Assembly (NCBI GenBank): GCA_010405405.1 | Contig: MU004239.1 | Coordinates: 1,566,722-1,630,721, forward strand | DNA from: Microthyrium microscopicum | Taxonomy: Eukaryota | DNA length: 64,000 bases | Reading direction: 5' to 3' | Part shown: positions 61,009 to 64,000 of the stretch, piece by piece | How the letters are laid out: each line of letters opens with the position of its first letter | Numbering within the stretch: position 1 is the first letter of the stretch | Made by a program: the position numbers and the translations under genes | The notes under the pieces: generated by a model | What the model saw: only the letters and a program-made list of their open reading frames with translations | The model's database searches: none | Told to the model about the DNA's origin: nothing

Positions 61009-63222
61009 TCAAGCCACATTGACCGCATACAACGCGCCCGCCATCGTCGTTACATACAGCACATTTTTATCGCTTCCCCTTCCAAACTGCGCAGAAGTGG
61101 GCGCACCTGGGATATCCACCAACTTCGTCGTGGTCCCGTCCTTGAACGACACCTTGAACACGCAATTCGCGCCAATGTCCGCGACATACGCAACATCTCC
61201 TCTAACCGCAAAACCGTCTGGTCCAAGCATGCCTTTGCCTACCACCTCTGCTGGTCCGCTCGCGATCTTTGCGCCGCTGCTGGTTGCTGAGACGGGCACG
61301 CGTCCGAGAATGCCGGTCAACGTGTTGGTGTAGTACAACCAGCCGCCAGAGATGCGCAGACCGTCGATGCCAGATGCCATGGTCTTGTCGGCGAGAACGA
61401 CGCTAGGCGCAGACTGGCCAGGCACAGGTAAAGCAAAGACGGTGCCGGCGATCATGTCGGCCGCAAGAAGAGTCGAAGGGGCCAGCGAGGCGAGACCGTT
61501 GAGCGGGTTTGTATTACTGTAGGGGCCACCTGTGGGGGGTGAAGAACAAAAGTTAGTTTCGTGTATCCATACTGATACGGAATATCAAGCAGCGATAAGT
61601 TGGTTTGACATGGTTAAGAGGAAGAACATGGTGTGTAGTAGGGCCAGATGAGCGCCCCAGCGTATCTTACGCAAGCAGATACAAGCATAGTGTATGGACG
61701 GAAAAATGATTCTCTTTGCTATTGGCCCCGACTGCCCTATGCGTGAAGAGTCCACGATCAACGGACGAGGAACAATACATCATGTATACAACCACCGCCA
61801 GCCACGAGATTCGTACCATTAAAGGGGCAAGATAAAGGTGTAGAGTATAAACAGAGGGCGGACGGCCCACCTCTCTGGTTTCTTTGATAACGATAACGGA
61901 CGGAGCAATTACTAACCTATCAGCTCAAAGTTCAACTTGCCTGTCTTGGCTGACTTGACTACTTCGCCCTCACACGATTCTCCGCACCGCACGGCCCAGA
62001 TCTCGGCGATCTCTTTGCCACTGTTGTCCTTGCGCGCCAATGCGACGGCAAACTCGTTGGGTGCGGTCTCGACGATTCCGCTGAGCTTGCCTTCGGCTGC
62101 GAACCGGTGTAGAAGAACTGGAGCTGCGTCGGGTTTGGTTGGATCTACTCTGTAGAGCTCTGGTCGGTCCATGAGAGTTACGTAGAGTAGGCCGTTTGTG
62201 CCAACGGCAATGTCTTCTAGCCAGGTGCCTTCGGGAAACTTTTGTAGTAGTTTAGGACCATCAGCTAAAGAGGCTTGTTCTGAGACGACTCGACCAAGAC
62301 CAAAACCGTTTGGTCGTGATGGTCCGGATTTCTGGCATGCTGCGGGAACTTTTGGGTTTTTGCGGACAACGTCCAATGTAGCTACAGGACAATTAACTGG
62401 TCGTGGTATCGTATTTGTCGGCGTGACTGCGGCGGGAATGTATTGGATGACCGCCTCATTGATCTGTTCCGCGTCTCTGGCGACAAGTTGTGGTGGTGAT
62501 CTTTGGCATGGAACGGGCATCTTGGGTCGAGCACCATTAGCGAGTGCAGCTGGCGAGTTTGTTGGACACCGCATAAGAGGTGCCTTTGTAGTTGTTGCCA
62601 CAACGTCTTTCTTGATATGTTGGTGCCCACGATCCTTCGGTCCTCCTCGATGCTCACGAGGAGCTTCGCCCTGATGTGGGCGACCAGTGGGCTCGCCATG
62701 ATGTACAGTGACCTCAGTATGGCGTGGTCGATCTGTTGGTCTGACTGGATTGGTATAGACTGATCTGGGTGGATCAACCGCTGCGACATCTCTTTTCACC
62801 AGACGCTCTGCAGCATCTACAACGTTGTCTCTGTATGAAGGCCTATATCCATCACTGTGGTCTCCTTCGAACTTTCTTGGTCCTCCGGGATTGACGGGCT
62901 GTCCATTTAGACCAGTGGGCCTGTGTGGTTGTGCTTTCGGTTCACGATCCCGTATGTCTCGCGCAACTACGATGGGTTCGTCAGCATACGCAGGTCCAGC
63001 AGGTTTCCCCAGATTGGGATCCAAAGGTGTCTCACCACTCAGGTCAACAGGTATTGGCTCTTCAGCATATGCTGGCCCAGCCGGCTTGCCCAAGTTGGCA
63101 TCGAGAGTGGGCTCGGGATATATCTGCCCACCAGTTTGACTGACGTCTGCCGTGATTGTTGCAAAAGCTGGCGAGGCGGCAACAGCTACTGCCAACGAAA
63201 TCAAGTGTAACGAGGGACGCAT
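61009..63222 (-). CDS. Secreted protein: repetitive N-terminal region plus a six-bladed beta-propeller (SMP-30/gluconolactonase-like), 2 exons, 608 aa
   Basis: Exons 63222-61917 and 61529-61009; intron 61916-61530 (387 nt, GTTAGT..ACTAAC..CAG). Signal peptide MRPSLHLISLAVAVAASPAFA; propeller motifs FPEGTWLEDIAV, PLNGLA..LLAAD, GIDGLRI..LYYTN, PDGFAV, PTSAQFGR..LYVTT. Confidence 0.85.
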
Positions 63223-64000
63223 GTTCAATGTTGATGGTTGTGGAACAAAATTCTCATAGCATTACCCAGACTCCAGAAATCCCGTGGCGATAATGGTCGT
63301 TTTGTGCAAGTGTGTCGTGAAGATCTCCAGATCTAGAATGAACGGTGTTTTCATTTTTCCAAGCTTTTTAAATTAGATGAATATAAATTGGATTGCATTG
63401 ACACTCCTGGAAGAATGAATCGACCAGAGATCGGGAAGAGAGGGCAAGCATCAACCCGGGAACTGTATATTAAATTCAAGCGGTTTGCCTCCAAGTGCAA
63501 TTTTACGGGAAAATAGGTATCATAGAAGTTGAGTTGCATTATTTTTAGCTCCCCGATTCGTTCGGCCCCAGAATTTCACCGTGACGGAAAAATTGGCATT
63601 GACATCGTGTAATAGTGTATCTCTCGCGGCCCGATTTGCCTATCCTTGGAGAACCATACATCGATCAAGTCTCGGCCAAACGCTCGGCCAAATCTGAAGG
63701 CCATATATCTTACATGCTTGTTGAAATCGACGTGAGCTTAATTCTAGCTGCATTCGTTCCTAAAAGGCCCCGAAATCCTATCAATATAGGATTCTTGTTC
63801 TGATACGAGCTAAAACGGAAAATTAGCCTCAAAAGCTCCGGTTATTCGTGGGGATGGTAAACTTACAGCTCAAATCTTCAAGGTTTTGCCATAAATCTTT
63901 GATTTCTGGTTGGCGAACGTTACTAATGTCCGCCATCAGATAGGCGACTTCGCCCCGACTGTCCGTCATTTGCTTGTCGACATTATGGTTTGAAAGTACT

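Noticed and set aside
63540..63900. Short inverted/direct motifs near the window end (TTTTAGCTC / GAGCTAAAA, CTCGGCCAAA x2)
   Set aside because: The matches are only 9-10 bp with no TSD, which is insufficient to call an element.

Overview
Eukaryotic DNA from a filamentous ascomycete (Pezizomycotina-like), judged from short GT-AG introns with CTRAC branch points and RIP-mutated transposons. Sixteen protein genes can be assembled by hand: RBM8A/Y14, PIG-P/GPI19, SUB2/UAP56, a Svl3/Pam1-like ketopantoate-reductase-family protein, glucokinase, DBF2 kinase, a Zn2Cys6 transcription factor, a DUF89/ARMT1 phosphatase, ARB1/ABCF2, cutinase, G6PD, a conserved hypothetical protein, a GPI-anchored protein, a MARVEL-like membrane protein and a secreted beta-propeller protein, plus a CAP59/GT69 pseudogene. 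Mobile DNA comprises a RIP-degraded pogo/Fot1-type transposon (9989-11975), a RIP-degraded Mutator-like element (27433-38218, 10-bp TSD) carrying a nested Ty3/Gypsy chromovirus (30007-37346), and an un-RIPed 308-bp MITE (58241-58548). The most striking observation is at the 3' end of G6PD. The conserved YQWP C-terminus is best reached through a nested [D1,2] spliceosomal twin intron (stwintron), in which removing an inner intron builds the donor of the outer one; stopping halfway gives a different 75-aa tail. Other highlights are a Tf1-type self-priming site in the Gypsy element, a candidate poison-exon switch in SUB2 intron 1, and a Kex2-style repeat precursor fused to a beta-propeller. All gene models and counts were derived by eye with no database searches.
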